From Camelus ferus (taxonomy: Eukaryota): a DNA stretch of 64,000 bases. Positions 27,155 through 42,400 of the stretch are shown here, piece by piece; position 1 is the first letter of the stretch; each line of letters opens with the position of its first letter. A program made the translations under genes and the position numbers. A model generated the notes under the pieces. The model had not been told where the DNA came from. It searched no databases and saw only the letters and a program-made list of their open reading frames with translations. The stretch spans positions 47,060,001 to 47,124,000 of the forward strand of contig NC_045707.1 in assembly GCF_009834535.1 (NCBI RefSeq), written 5' to 3'.

Positions 27155-28270
27155 CATTCATTCATTCATTCATTTATAAATGTGTGAAGCATCCACTATG
27201 TGCCAGGCACTATTTCTAGGTGCTAAAGATTCTATAGTACACAAAACATGACAAAATCCCAACCCTCATGAAGCTTACATTCCAGTGCATTATATAGAAA
27301 AACAAGATCAACAAGTTGGCCAGGGAAGGCTTCAGTGAGTAAAAACTTAAGGGACATAACAGAGCTGTTTTTGCTGATATCAGCAGCAAGAGCATTCCAT
27401 GCAGAGTAAATAGCAAGTATAACGGCTCTGAGATGGAAGGAAGGGCATGTTCAAGGAACAGGAAAGAGGCCATGTGGTTGGAATAGAGTGAACAAGGAAG
27501 GGAACAGTAGTAGGAAATGAGAGTAGAAAGGTAATGGGGGGGTCAGATCACATAGGTTCTTGTAGATGACAGTTAAGGCCTATACCTTTTCTGAATGGGA
27601 TGGAAAGCTGGAGCACTTTCAACAGAAAAATTTTAAGAACTAACAGAATTTTTAACATGCTTTTTACTCTGGCTGTGTGCTAACAGGCTACAGGGAAGCA
27701 AAGCCAGAAGTAGGGAGACCCGTTAGGAAGCTATTTCAATAAACCAGGCAAAAGATGGTGTTGTGGACCAGGAAGATAGCAGAGGGAATGGTGATAAATG
27801 GTCAAATCTGGATACACTGTGGACATAGAACCAACTGGATTTGCTGGCAGACCTGATACTGGATGAAAGACAAAGAGAAGAGTCAAAAATGGCATCAAGG
27901 TTTCTGGCCCAAGCAGCAAGTTTCTGGTATTAACTGAGACAGGGAAGGCTGTAGAAGAAGCTGGTTTGTCGGGGAGCATCAGAAGCTCAGTTAGAGACAT
28001 ATTAAGTTAGGGATATCCATCAGACATGTCGAATAGGGAGCTGGATATACAGCTATAAAGATCAAGGGAGAGGAAGAGATAGATTTGGGAGCCATCAGAA
28101 TATAGATGGTATTTAAAGCCTACATCTACATTTAAAGAATGTAGATGGTATTGAGACTGTCTTAGGGAATGGGACAGGAAAAGAGGAGAGAACCACGGAC
28201 TTATCCTTGGGGCAAGCCAAAATTTAGAGATAAGAGAGACAAAAAGGAATTGATAACAGAAACCAAGATA
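27155..28270 (-). mobile_element. L2 LINE relic
   Basis: (TTCA)n tail followed by cactatgtgccaggcact and a long purine-rich L2-like body. Confidence 0.85.
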
Positions 28271-29509
28271 GTATGGAAATCCTGATACATAAAAAGAGTT
28301 TCAGCAAACTTATTAAGGTTGAGTTAATGACACAAGTAACAGAAAACTCAAACACAACTATAAGGAATTCTGTAACCTTGCTAAAATGATGTGTTCTGAA
28401 AAGAATTAGAATTGAAGGAATGCTCCATTGACTTTTTAATTTTTTTTCATGCCTACGGCAGAAGACTGAAGAAAGAAGAGCTCATACACAGATGCTGACC
28501 ACTGAGGGCACTGACACACCCTGTTTCATGAGTAATGGCAACACTAAAGGCCAACAGGAGATACCTCAGGGGCTGCGGAGGAGTGCAAAGCAACTCAGAA
28601 TCAATCATGTCCTCAATAACTATTTACAGAGGATCCATCTAATGGAAACTGCCATAGGGAATACAAAAAAAAAATTCATTTACATAAGGAGTACCTTTCA
28701 AAGAATGTGCTCAAAGCCCCATTACTTCAGGTAAGTATAATACAGCAGCTAAGCTAGTTTGTTTTCATCACCTGTAATACCATCAACAGAAAGTAGCAAG
28801 TGCCTTATGGTTACATATGCTATTTTTTGAAATCAACTTCTGCACAAATGAATATAAAAATAGTCATTCAGGCAAAGGTAGAGGGTAGGGAACTAAAAGT
28901 TCAATTTAATCCCAAACTCAAGTCCTGAGTTTCCCTCATCCATTTCCCACACTAAAAATTCGAATAGTTCTAGTGTCCAGTCTCAGTATAAAGTCCAAAT
29001 CTAAGACTCTTTGAATTGCCATCCTAAAGTGAATAGGGTCACCAGGATTAGGAAACAGCAGTATCCAATTCATAAATTTAGTGGTAACAATTTTAACCTT
29101 GGACCCCAGACTTATAATCTCATCACTAGTGTTTATTGCCCATTGGACTATTTTAGCATCAATTCTGTATAGTCATACTACCTATACTCCCAGTCCACCC
29201 ACTTTAGGGGAGGCCAATAATTAAATGCAGGTAGGTTCAGGACTGAATGAGGTGGGGCAATATCCTGGGATCATAAAGCCTTTGCTGACCTTAATTCAGA
29301 ATCTGATTAAGGAACATCTTAATCTACCTGTGACCCACCTAGATAAAATGGAAATTATATAAACTGACATAACTTGATAGCTGAACTATGAGAATAAAAG
29401 TTCCAAGAATCACTGGGTAATTTACCAGTGGACAATCCCAAAGACTACCATAAAGTATGGTTTCATAGAAAAATTGAACACCTTCAAAAAGCTGTGAAGA
29501 GAAACAGAG

Positions 29510-29785
29510 TGAGGCATAGAAAATAAACTTACGGTTACCAGGGGAGAAAGGGGGCAGGAAGAAGTAAATTGGGAGTTTGAGATTTACAGACCCTAACTAC
29601 TATGTCTAAAATAAACAACAAATTTATACTGTATAGCACAGGGAACTATATTCAATGTCTTGTAGTAACCTGTAATGGAAAAGAATATGAACAGGAATAC
29701 ATGTATATATATATATATGTATGACTGAAACATTGTGCTGTACACCAGAAATTGACACCACATTGTAAACAGACTGTACTTAAAG
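29510..29785 (+). mobile_element. 5'-truncated lineage-specific L1 3' end
   Basis: catagaaaataaacttacggttaccagggg...actgtatagcacagggaactatattcaa...gctgtacaccagaaattgacac. Confidence 0.85.
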
Positions 29786-30129
29786 AAACTGTGAAGATAA
29801 TTAGGTAAGATCATATTGCATCAGATAGTAATTCAGCACCCATATATTGTATGAAGAATACTGTATTAGAGGTCTTCTGGAAAACTGCAAAACAGAAGCT
29901 GCATTCCTGACAGAGAATAATCCACAGCAGAAAATTTAAAAATGGACCTACAAATATAACATTAATAGATATCTAATAAACTATAGTTATATGTAGTTGT
30001 GCTAACAGGGGGAGTAGCTATTCAAAGTGACTATAATCAAACTAAATTTCACAAAGAAAGTGAGTTGGGAGCAAATGGCAAAGAAAGAGTGAAAGCAATG
30101 AAAATCAAAGGAAAAAGCATTTAAAGTGG

Positions 30130-31320
30130 CTTGATATGAAAATGAAAAGTTAGACTGGATAAAAAAGCAAAATCCAACCATATTCTACTCATAAAAACAC
30201 TGCCTTAAATATAAAGACACAGATAGGTTAAAAGTAAAAAAACAGAAACAAATATATCATGCAAATGTTAATCAAAAGAAGGCTGGATAGGCTATATTAA
30301 TACTAGATAAATTAGATTTCAGAATAAGAAATACCCGTGGTAATAGAAAAGAACACTTCATAAAGATAAGGTGTCAATTCACCAAGAGGATATAATAATA
30401 AGTGTATACACACCTCATATCAGAGCTTCAAAATATATTAAGACAAAACAGAATTGGGAGGAGAAATAGAAAAATACATAATTAAAGTTGTAGATTTCAA
30501 CATTCCTCTCATAGTAATTGGTTAAATAAATAGAAAAATATTAAGGATATAGAAAACTTGAACAACACTACCAGCCAAGCGGACCTAATTAATAGTTTTA
30601 GAACACTACCCTCAACCATGGCACAATATACATTTTCTTTTCAAATATACAAACGTTCACCAAGACAGGCCATAATGTGGGCCATAAAACAAATCTCAAT
30701 TAAAGACTGAAATCATACAAAGTATGTTTTGTGATCACAACAGAATTAAATGAGGAACCAGTAACAGAAAGATACTGGAAAATTTCAAAATATTTGGACA
30801 TTAACTCATCACTAAATAGCTCATGGGTCTAAGAAGAAATCACAGGGAAACCAGAGAATTTTCTGAACTGAATGAAAATTTAAAAAAAACATATCAACAC
30901 TTGTGAAATGCAGCTAAAGCAGTGCTGAAAGGGCAGTTTATAGCATAAAATGCTTAAATTTAAAAAGACAGACTTCTAAACAATAAGCCTTAAGAAACTA
31001 GAAAAAAGAACAAATTAAACCCAGAGTAAGCAGACAGAAGGAAATAACACAGAGCAAAAATCAGTAAAAAACAAAAACAAAAACAAAAACAATAGAATCA
31101 ATTAAATCAAATGCTGGTTCTCAAAAAGATCAACAAAATAATATAATCAGGAATGAGAAAGGTGCTATAACTATAGATTATTAAAATACTAAACGGATAA
31201 TAAGGGAATATTGTGAACAAATAAATTTAAACAATTTAGATAAAATGGGCAAATATGTTGAAAGATACAAACTACCAATGTTCCCTCAAGAAGAAACAGA
31301 TAAACCAAAAAGCCCTATCT
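30130..31320 (+). mobile_element. Degenerate older L1 ORF2 (endonuclease region)
   Basis: Collinear with 17750-19000 (gactggataaaaaagcaaaatccaacc..., gatttcaacattcctctc, atgggtctaagaagaaatcaca). Confidence 0.85.
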
Positions 31321-31321
31321 A

Positions 31322-32477
31322 CTGACTACAATAATTGACAAAGGAGGCAAGAATATACAATGGAGAAGACAGTCTCTTTAAAAGTAGTGCTGGGAAAACT
31401 GGACAGCCACACGTACAAGAATGAAATTAGAACATTCTCTAACACCATATACAAAAATAAACTCAAAATGGATTAAAGATCTAAATTAAGACTGGATACT
31501 ATAAAACTCCCAGAGGAAAACACAGGCAGAACACTCTTTGACAAAAATCGCAGCAGTATTTTTTTTGAACCAGCTCATAGAGTAAAGGAAATAAAAGCAA
31601 AAATAAAAAATGGGACCTACTTAAACTTAAAGCTTTTGCACAGCTAAGAATTCCATCAACAAAACGAAAAGACAACCTACAGAATAGGAGAAAATATTTG
31701 CAAATGATGCAACCGATAAGGGACTAATTTCCAAAATATACAAACAGCTCATACACCTTAATGTCTACAAAACAAGCAACCCGATCAAAAAACAGTCAGA
31801 AGACCTAAATAGACAGTTCTCCAAAGAAGACATCCAGATGGCCAACAAGCACATGAAAAGATGCTCAACATCGCTAATTATTAGAGAAATGCAAATTAAA
31901 AGTACAATGAGGTATCACCTCACACCAGTCAGAATGTCCATCATTAAAAAGTCTACAAATGATAAATGCTGGAGAGGGTGTGGAGAAAAAGGAACCCTCC
32001 TACACTGTTGGTGGGAATATAAATTGGTGCAGCCACTATGGAGGACAGTATGGAGGTTCCTTAAAAAAGTAAAAACAGACAACATATGATCCAGCAATCC
32101 CACTCCTGGGCATATATCCGGAGAAGACTATAACTCAAAAAGTCACATGCTCTCCAATGTTCACAGCAGCACTATTTACAACAGCCAAGACATGGAAACA
32201 ACCTAAATGTCAACCGACAGGTGAATGGATAAAGAAGATGTGTCATGTACATACAATGGAAAACTACTCAGCCATAAAAAATAATAAAATAATGCCATTT
32301 GCAGCAACCATGGATGGACCTGGAGATCATCATACTAAGTGAAGTAAGCCAGAAACAGAAAGAAAAATAACATGATATCTCTTATATGTAGAACCTAAAA
32401 AAAGGACACAAACGAACTTACAAACAAAACATAAACAGACTCACAAACGTAGAGAACAAACTTATAGTTACCATGGG
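31322..32477 (+). mobile_element. Younger L1: ORF2 C-terminal region and partial 3' UTR
   Basis: ORFs [33 protein letters not shown]...[16 protein letters not shown] and MFTAALFTTAKTWKQPKC. Confidence 0.95.
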
Positions 32478-33379
32478 TATACTATCTGATGTTTAAGAAG
32501 TGCTCTCTGACATCTAGAAACCAACAGTTGAAAATGGCTTATATTAATTCAAAATATATAGATACCAAATAAATACTTGTTGAATAATTAGTCATCACAT
32601 ATTATTAGCTTATTAAAAATCCTGAAAGATGATGCATTACAAGGACAATGCATACAGGTAAAATTTTTCTTTATAGGTATAAGCAAGCATCTGGAGTTCT
32701 TCTGCTGAACTCCTTATTGGGAGAGATATTGGGTTAATCAATTGCATCTAAATTAAAGTTTGCTTACAATTGAAAGTGCCTAGCAATCCTGATGTGACAA
32801 GACATACCAGGAGATTAAATTAATTAGCAGTCAAAGCTAATTATCAGTAGTAAGATTAACTAAGTAGATAAGATTAAACATACATGGGGTACTAGACAAA
32901 AATGTTTGAAGACAACATGCTTGGTTCTCTCTAATGGTCTTCTTGCCTTCAGTCTTGCCCGCTTCAAGTTACAAATCTATACAGGATTTTCATAACTTCA
33001 GCAATTTGGTATGCACAAAAGATGGCAAAAAACTGCAGCAATATGAAACATGCAGGAAAGAAACAGATACTGAAAGCCATTACAGAAAAATGTCAAGATG
33101 CAGCTTGAACTAAAATATCTGGATAATAGGACAGGAATAAAAGATAAGTGTAAGGGATATTATGAATCATGGAGAGAAATCTTACTCTAATACAGTAATG
33201 ACTTAGATATGGGGCTATGAAGTGGCTTATTAATTTGTTTTCACATACCCTTACTTACAAAGATAGGGAAAAACCCTGACAGCATGCATAAACAAAGTGG
33301 GTACGAAATTAGAAAGAAAACTCAAAGAAGATATAAATTAGATGCAGGAACTGAAAGACACTATGGTGGCCAAAACATG

Positions 33380-33900
33380 ATGATAAAGAAGATGTGATAA
33401 ATATATACAATGAAATATCACTCAGTCATAAAAAAGAATGAAATTCTGGCATTTGCAGCAACGTAGATGGACCTAGAGAGAATTATGCTTAGTGAAATAT
33501 GCTCAGTGAAATTACTCTATGTTATCACTTATACGTAGATCTAAAAAATAAAACAAATATACGTAACAAAACAGAGACTCACAGACATTGAGAACAAACT
33601 AATGGTTACCAGCGGGAAGAAGAAAGGGGAGAGGGCTGAGATAGGGGTATGGGATTAAGAAATACAAACTACTATGTATAAGATAAATAGCAACAATGAT
33701 ATATTATACAGCACAGGGAAATATAGCCATTGTTTTCTAATAGCTTAAAATGGAGTATATAAGTTATAAAAATATTAAATCACTATGTTACATATCTGAA
33801 ACTAATATACTATTGTAAATCCTGTGAATCAACTATACTTCAATAAATAGATAAAAATAAACATTATTTTACATTTTAAAAAGAAAGGAAAAGAAAGAAA
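33380..33900 (+). mobile_element. L1 3' end with A-rich tail
   Basis: L1 3' motifs; decayed TSD acactatggtggccaaaa / acactacagtggtcaaaa on either side. Confidence 0.85.
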
Positions 33901-35602
33901 AATACACTACAGTGGTCAAAAAAATCAGTTTTCCCTTGGGAAATTGATATAGAACTATCACTTTTATTACAGCAAGGGTATTAAGGGACGGGTTTTTTTA
34001 AGAAAGAAGAGCTGTGTTTTGTTATAATGAATTTAAAACTTTGGACAGATAACTGGTTAGAAATATTCTTAGGACATTGACATCGGGAATAAGCCTGAGG
34101 AAATAAAAAAAAATGTGTAATGCAGCAGGATGCATGTAATTTATATAATGAATGTAATTAGAGCTCTCAGAATGAATTTCAGCAAGACACGGAGTGTAAG
34201 GCAGAGCCCTGAGGAATCTCTATTGTAACTACAGTAAGGGAGGCAGTATCTTCTAAAGAGAAGCTAAAAAAGTAAACCAAGCTCCAGGCCAATACATGTA
34301 CCTGCTTTCAGAACTGATGTTTCACAGAGCCTTCAGACTCAACATAACCAACAATGGATTCATCACTCTTAAAACTGTTACCGCACTTGTATGAGTGGTA
34401 CCACCATCCACTGGAACACCTCTGTCAGAAACTGAGAGATCTGCTATCTCCTCTCTCTCCCTACCCGCGCCAAGTCTGGTGAACTACTGCTGTTAAAGTT
34501 CTTAAACATAGTCCTCTCTTTTACTTACCCCCTTTCTATTCCCATTGCTGGTCCTTTCATGTAGATCTTCAACAAATTTTACCTGGACTATGAGAACAAT
34601 TTCATAACAGGTCCCCCCTGACTCCAATCTTGGCAATGAAAATAAAACTTAAACTACTCAGCACAACACAAAATCCCTCAAAAGATCCTTCTTACACTCC
34701 TTCCTCATATTCTGGGTCCCATCCAAGCTGAACTACTTGCAGTTTCCCCAGCATGCTCTATGACACACTGTCCTCTGCATGTGAACCCTCTTCCCCATTC
34801 CCCATGGCTAACTCCTAACTATCCTTCAAACCTCAATAACTTGATTTTGTTTATTTACTCTATCTTCCCTCCTTAACTAGAAACCACTTACAAATAATGG
34901 CTGTGTTTTTGATCACCCAGCATTAGAGCAGCTCAATGACTGCATATTCATTCATTCCAGAAGCATGTCCTATTATATAGGTGGCAGCCCAGTGCTAGCT
35001 ACTGAATAAAAACAAAGTTTGCTCAAACAAACAGAAAGGAATAAAAACAGCCACCCCTTAGTTTTGGTAGGGAATAAGATGTATATGAAAGAAAGAAGAA
35101 TCAAAAGAAGGAAACTATTTAAAGTCAGAGTCAGATAAGAGGTAAGAATCAATGTGAGTGCTTGGATACCGAGGGGCAACTGTACTTTTTAAAGGAACTA
35201 AGAATAATGTAAACTGCCCAATCATTTGCTGTACCCCAATTTTTCTTTTGTAGTAACTCAAAATCTGTTAAATAAGTGGATAGAGGGCCGAGGACAAAAT
35301 CAACTATTTATTGGGAAGATGAATAAAAAAATACACAAAATGACTATATCAAAGAATGGAAAAATTTTTAAGAACTCTTCAAAAATTCACTGAAAGCTTC
35401 TGCACTAAAACAAAGAGAAAAAGAAGTACTATTTTGTTTTAGCTACAGCTTATGTAGATTTAAAAATGCAATTTAGTAGGTGATCATACTGGGTGTTAAT
35501 TCCTCCATGCAGAGAACAACCTCAGAAGTTTGTTAATAGAAGTAAAGTTATGTATTCCCTTAGTGTGTCTCGTGGGAGTTGAAGTAAAGAAAATTGAACT
35601 TA

Positions 35603-35767
<165 letters not shown>

Positions 35768-36954
35768 CTACAAAATGATCAGCAATGAACAACATCAAAA
35801 CTTAGAAATGTAAACCAGCATTTGATTGACTTTACAATAAAATAATTACCACTCAGTAATTCATCACAGTATCTCAGGTGCGTAATTAAGTTATCAGAAC
35901 AGAATTTCACTTAGTTGCATTATTTCCTAAAGAATCAGAAATATTTTTCTTCTCATATCAAGTTTAGAGTTTCCTTTCCAATAGTAAAGTTCTTATTTAA
36001 AAGTTATTTTTCCCCAATAATCAAATATTTATTACTTTAGTTTATGTTTCTCAAAACCATTAATTATGCTCATTATTATTTTTTAACTTAAAAGTTTAGT
36101 CTCTATCTTGCATATCACTAAAGTGAGATATAATGAAAAACCTTTCATTGAAAATGACATTTCTTATACTCAAAGGAAGCAGAAAAATTTTTGGTGTTTT
36201 CAATTTAAGTGACCAAAATGTCATCAAATGATGCTTTATGGTAATTCGAGTAGTTTTTACCCCCAAAGACATTAATTACTAAAAATCTCATCTCCTCCCA
36301 ACATATATGAGTGATATAGCATATGCCAATCAGAAACAATGGCTAACTAAAGCCCTTAAAAAATCAGTGCCTTGGAAAATCAAGTTACCTATATTTTAAA
36401 TATTAAGTGATAACATATGTAACAGAAGATTGTAACATAGCCTTGCTTTACAAATATCATATACACGTATTACAATACAATGAAAATATGAATTTACAAT
36501 CAGAAAGGAAACAGTTCAAACATAGATGTCTTCTTTACACTTCACATACTCTTAATGACAACTACTACATTCTACCACTGTATTAAATGTTACAGCATAT
36601 ATTTATTTATTTAGCTTATGTATATGAAAAAAGAAGACTTCCTTAAAAGGCAACATATAAGTGAATGATGGTAGCACAACTAAGTATTACAGAAATGCAA
36701 AGTAACAAAGATGTTATTGAGAAGTAGAACAGGAGCCAAGTCAGAGCTTTGTTACAGAGCGCAGAATGAATTCTAGAAGGAATAACAAATATTTTAAGTA
36801 GGTAAGGATACACAATAAAAGAGGTAATCTTAAAAAATGGATCTTTAGAGACCAGATTACAAAAGGCCTTCAAAGTCAGATTCAGAGGTAACAGTTTGAC
36901 ATAAGCAGAAATAAGAAACCACTTCCTTAGTGTGGGAGAGAATAAGGAAAAAGT

Positions 36955-37160
36955 ATAATGAAGAGGTTAAGAACTTGGGCTTTGGTCGCTAACTCTGCTA
37001 CTTACTAGCTCTGTGACCCTGGACAAGTTATTTAAGCTCTTACTTTCCTTTTCTGTAAAATCTGAGAAATAATACCTAATAAAGGTTTAATGAAGATTAA
37101 CTGAAATAATAATATACAGCATGCTTAGTTGTCCCTTGTATACTAGAGTTCAATAATGGT
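36955..37160 (+). mobile_element. MIR SINE
   Basis: ctctgctacttactagctctgtgaccctggacaagttattta...ttctgtaaaat core. Confidence 0.8.
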
Positions 37161-38419
37161 AGGTAGCTATTAACATTTTTTTAAGGCCTCAAGCAGGAAA
37201 AAAGTGATAAAAACTTATTTAAAGAAAAAGTGCTCCTTAGATATTTAATTTTATAAGATCATCTCTTACATGTAAAGTGAAATATTAATATTTAAGTGTC
37301 TTTTTGCAAGCTACTATCAGACCCTGAGGGAAACGAGCAAACACAAGATTCTGTCTTTCAGGTTACCATACTTGTTGCTAAAGATCAAATGTTTTAATTA
37401 TTATTAAAAAGTTAAGTTATTTTCAAGTGTTAACAAATGTCTATTGTCTCTCTTCCAATTCCCAAGCAGGCTCAATTCTAATACATCAAAAATTCTTTCT
37501 GCTTTGTATGATTAAAACCATTTTCTTTTCTAGGCACATAGATAGAAGACACTAGAATTAATGGATTCTTCGAAGTCTAAACCAAAAGCCTCTGCAGACT
37601 CAGAGTTGATTTTTAGGTAGTATTTGATCTCCTTGATCAAATTTCAAAGAAAACGTACATGAATATTTCAGTAAAAAGGAAAAGCTAAAATAAAACTGAA
37701 TGTCAACTTTAAAAATCATTCAGAACTGTCAACCTGAATTTCTCGTTTTTAAGAATATTCAAATTCTGACTTTTGAAATTTTCCACTAAACCAACCACTA
37801 AAATGAACTGCCTAGAACTTACATCTTAATTTTTCCAAGTCATTATACATTTTTTGGGGGCCCCTGGTTTAACATCTTTATTTCCCTAAACTAGAAATCC
37901 TAAATTCTAGGGAAACATTTTTAGTATTTTAGTTTTAATAAAACATGTATCTGCCAGAAGCAGAAAGAAGGATCTTTTTACCTGGATCCATGGAAAATAA
38001 TCAACAGGCTCTAGACTCAAATGTGAATTACCAGAAAACCAAAGATGCAAATCATCTTAACTTTCCTAAAGCCAGTGTCACTAGGTATTTCTACATGTGA
38101 CCAGGATCTTTGTATGCAATATGCTTTCCAGGGCCTAGAAAATCAAAGGGTCCACTAGAGTTGCAGCTGTTTCCTTGAGAAAAGAAAAAAATCAAATCTA
38201 AATTTTAAGTCATGTTTGAATATAATCATTTAATGCTAAGGAACTATCTTCACGAAATTTATAAATCTGGATTCAAAAAGAACATATTCTAACAGTAACA
38301 TGTTTTCAGGAATGTTTCTTATAAAGCCCAATCTACAATTTATTACTTGAGAAACAAAAAAATTCCATGCTTCTCCATGTAAACATGTCTTAGCATTAAG
38401 CATGAAGAGACAGCACTAA

Positions 38420-39700
38420 ATTTATTCATTTAATCAATATTTATTATGTATTTACCAAGTATGGGTGTTATTCCAGGCACTGAAGATGCAGCGGGGAACA
38501 AAACACACGAGTCCCTTTCTCCATTACATTTTAATGGAGGAAGACAGACAGAAAAGCAAGAAAATATCCAGTGTGCCAGAAATGATAAATGCTACTGAAA
38601 AAAGTAAAGCAAAGAAGGGCAATAGGGAGTCCAGGGGCAAGGGTTCTACTTTGAATGCAGTTGCCAAGGAAGGCCTCTCTAGGTAACAAATAAGATCTAA
38701 AGGAAAGGGAATAAATTATGAGGATTTTTGGGTGGGAAAGCATTCCAGGCAGAGGAAGCAGTAACTGCTAAGGCCCTGAAGCAGGAGCTTCCTAACATAC
38801 CTACTTAACAGGAGACCAGTGTGGCAGCAGTGGAGTGATTACGTGTAAACTGACAGGAGTGATCTTCTAGATTAGAGAGAGGAATACTGAGGCTTGGGAG
38901 AGGAGACCACTACTCCTCAAAGGGAGTGCAACAAAAAAGAGGAGGCAGAGAGATGGGCAGGTATGTAAGAGAGTGATTTTAATGATGATCATGGGATCTA
39001 TGCTAGATAAGGAGAATGTATGAGCTATACAGGGACTGAAAAAGTAATTCCATCAATTGATGCAGGTCTTAATAAGAGGATGAATAATTCTTGGAGGTGG
39101 AAAACAAGCAGGAGTTGGTCGTAAGCTAGCGGAATTCTAAAAAATCTATATTGGGAGGAAGGAGGAGAATTTATTTGTGACTGAAACATCTCTAGGGTAT
39201 AAACATGGGAGTGGAGACTGAGATAGAAAAGATCAAGAAGTGAGAGGCTGGGGTGGTAGATCATTTACATGGACAAAGAATTAGAATAGAAACAGTGTTG
39301 GAGGGTGTAACAGTAGATCTAAAATCTTCAAGGAAGAGTGAAGACATTCGGGGAGGTGGGGGGGAGGGTAAGGAGAAGTGAACTGTGGGATGACAGGTGA
39401 CAGACCAAAAAAAAGATAAGTAGATGGTATAGTTTAAAGATGCAAACTGCAAAGCTAGAAATTGTAGAAAATGTTACGGAGAAGAAAAGATGATCTGGAT
39501 ATGATAGTGAGGAGCCGCAGGGACACCTATTCCACCTCTAGGCTCAACAGTAAAAAGATTTAGTAGAGAAAACCACAACCACTTAAGAGTGCTGGGGAAG
39601 CAATGGCACCACAGTCAGGTTTCTGTTGGAGCCAGTAGGTGAAGGCAACACTCTGGAAGAGGTTAAGGTTATGAGAGATTCTAATGATGATAGTAAGTGG
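38420..39700 (-). mobile_element. L2 LINE relic(s)
   Basis: tttattcatttaatcaatatttatt start and purine-rich L2-like body; right boundary approximate. Confidence 0.6.
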
Positions 39701-40482
39701 TAAAAGTAACCAGAAATATAACACAAGATAATGGAAGAATGCATCCTACAGTATGAGCTGGAGGGTTTACAGGCCAAAAGACAAGGACTTATGCCTATTT
39801 TCCACACACTGCCCAAAGAAATGAAACAAAAAAGGTATTGGATTATTGCCTATATATAGCTAGAATACAAAGCAGGCAGACAAAATGGTAAAAGCAGGAA
39901 AACATCATTAATTTATTTTGTCAAATCAACCAGTACTCTGGCCCTAATAATGGTTTTTAAAAATAGGTACCACTACATGCATCATGTGATGAATTATCTT
40001 CTCCTCAAAAAGCAAATCAAACATTACCAAATATAGTAGAAGAAGGCTTAAAGAACTAGAAGAAAGCAATTCAAATATAAAATAATAAAAAGACTTGGGT
40101 CAAGTGAAATAAAATGTATTAAAAACAAAAACAAAACCTCATCTATTTAGTGTCTGGCTCTTGAAGAAACGCAGAAAAAACTAAACAAGGCTACTTAAAA
40201 TTTATGCCCAAGTTGGCCCATTAGAAAAACTAATTAAAATAGAAGAAATTCACCAAACAATAAAACAATGACCAGAACCAATACGAAAGTTATGAAACAG
40301 CACTCTAAAATGTAAGTTTTTCATAGTTTATTAGATTGCAATATATAGTATGGGACAATTTTTAAACAATTTATACTAAGTGTGTTTGACCCCTAGTCAG
40401 AAATCTACAAAATTTTAGACCAGAAGACTGATGCCATAATTGTGTTTACATGGTTCACTTGATGTACTGAAAAAAGGCTTTA

Positions 40483-40737
<255 letters not shown>

Positions 40738-42400
40738 TTAAAAAAAAAAAAAAAAGAATGGTTTACAAATATAGTTATACTGTATTCAAAGCAGAATGAT
40801 TATTAGAGCTGAAATTTATTAATCATGAATCCCTGAAGAATAAATGCCATGCCATTAGACTGGTAAATCTGGTACCCGTTATCATAGAAGAAACTCAGAC
40901 TATGCCATAAAATATGTTAGCTTAACTACTACAACAAACCCTTAATGCATTATTCACTATTTCATCCAAATTAGTCCTCAAATTTTTGTTTTTCTTCTAT
41001 CCAAATGTTTGGAAGAGATCTTCATGTTTACTCATCTATTAACAGAACTTCTTTTCCTTATCTAAAAGATACATCCAAAAAGCTGAAAAGAGATTACTTG
41101 GTTGAATTATTTAAGTTGAAGATCAGCGAAATACATAATCTTCCAGGTAAAGGATCACCTGAATTTCCAGTCATAAAGATTGTAGCTGAGCACTTTTTCT
41201 AGATAAGCATTTCTCCAAGCACCTTTGGCAGAACAGTATGACTATAAGAGGTCTCCCTTAAAAAGGGTTCTGTGGTCAAATAAATTTGGGAATAAGTGAA
41301 TAGTATCCCTTCCCACCATTAATAGCCCTCAGAAGAACAAAATTTGGGCAGTACTCCTCCAAGCATTTTCAGAAATGCTCTGGCTGGATCCCATTCTTTT
41401 AGGTACCAACTAACCAAGCCTGTTTTTCAAAGACCTTGACAAATACTGTTGTACTTAGATCAATACACATTCTAAGGAGCATGATTTTCAGCTTTTATTA
41501 AACTTATGTGTATAGATGTCTATAAATTTAAACTTTTAGGATTTCAACATCAACCTGTTTGAACCAGACTAGCAATTAAGCAATAAGGTATATTTTAGCA
41601 AAACAGGATAAGGTATGAGATGAAACACTATAACATGGCTACAATGAACATTTAATCTATCAAAGGGTTTCTAATGAAGGATGAGGTTTTACATAATGCA
41701 AAACACGAATGAGACTCAATCTTTGCAGGTTCAAAAAGTGTTGCTATTACCTAGTCTAATTCCATCACTATCTTAGTACTTACTGAATATACAACAAAAA
41801 CTCAAATTAAAACTGGTAAGAAGAGGGAAGAAAATAAACTTTTATTAAAATTTACAATAAAAACAATTTAGCTTAAGAAAATATGTTATCATTTCTGCAC
41901 ATAAGACTCTGCTATAGAGATAAAGGACAACATCTCATTCATATGTTGTTCCTAGTTCTTAGCATAATGGCTAGAATTGAATAAGTACTAAATAGACTGT
42001 GACCGAATAAAATACTTATAATTTAGGATTACTCAATGTCAACAAAAGATAAGATAAACAACTGCTTAAGCTAACAGATATGATCCTAAGAGAAAAGTAT
42101 AAAAACTAGTTAATTTTTCCAAAAAGCTAAAGAATGCTTCAGGAAGTAAATATAGCATTTCTAACAGCATGTCTGTCTTATAACAAATGAAGTATTCACT
42201 GAAACGTAATGATAATGATTTTTATTTAAAACATTTATAAGCCCAGACACTGGGTAAATAAGTTCACTGAAATAATTTTTAAAAACAAAATTAAAGAAAG
42301 AATCATCAGAAAAGAAAGCAGAAAATACCAAAACAAGAAAATTAAACCATTTCAGATTGAGCAAACAGACTTTTTTTTTCAATTGAACTTCAATACATAC

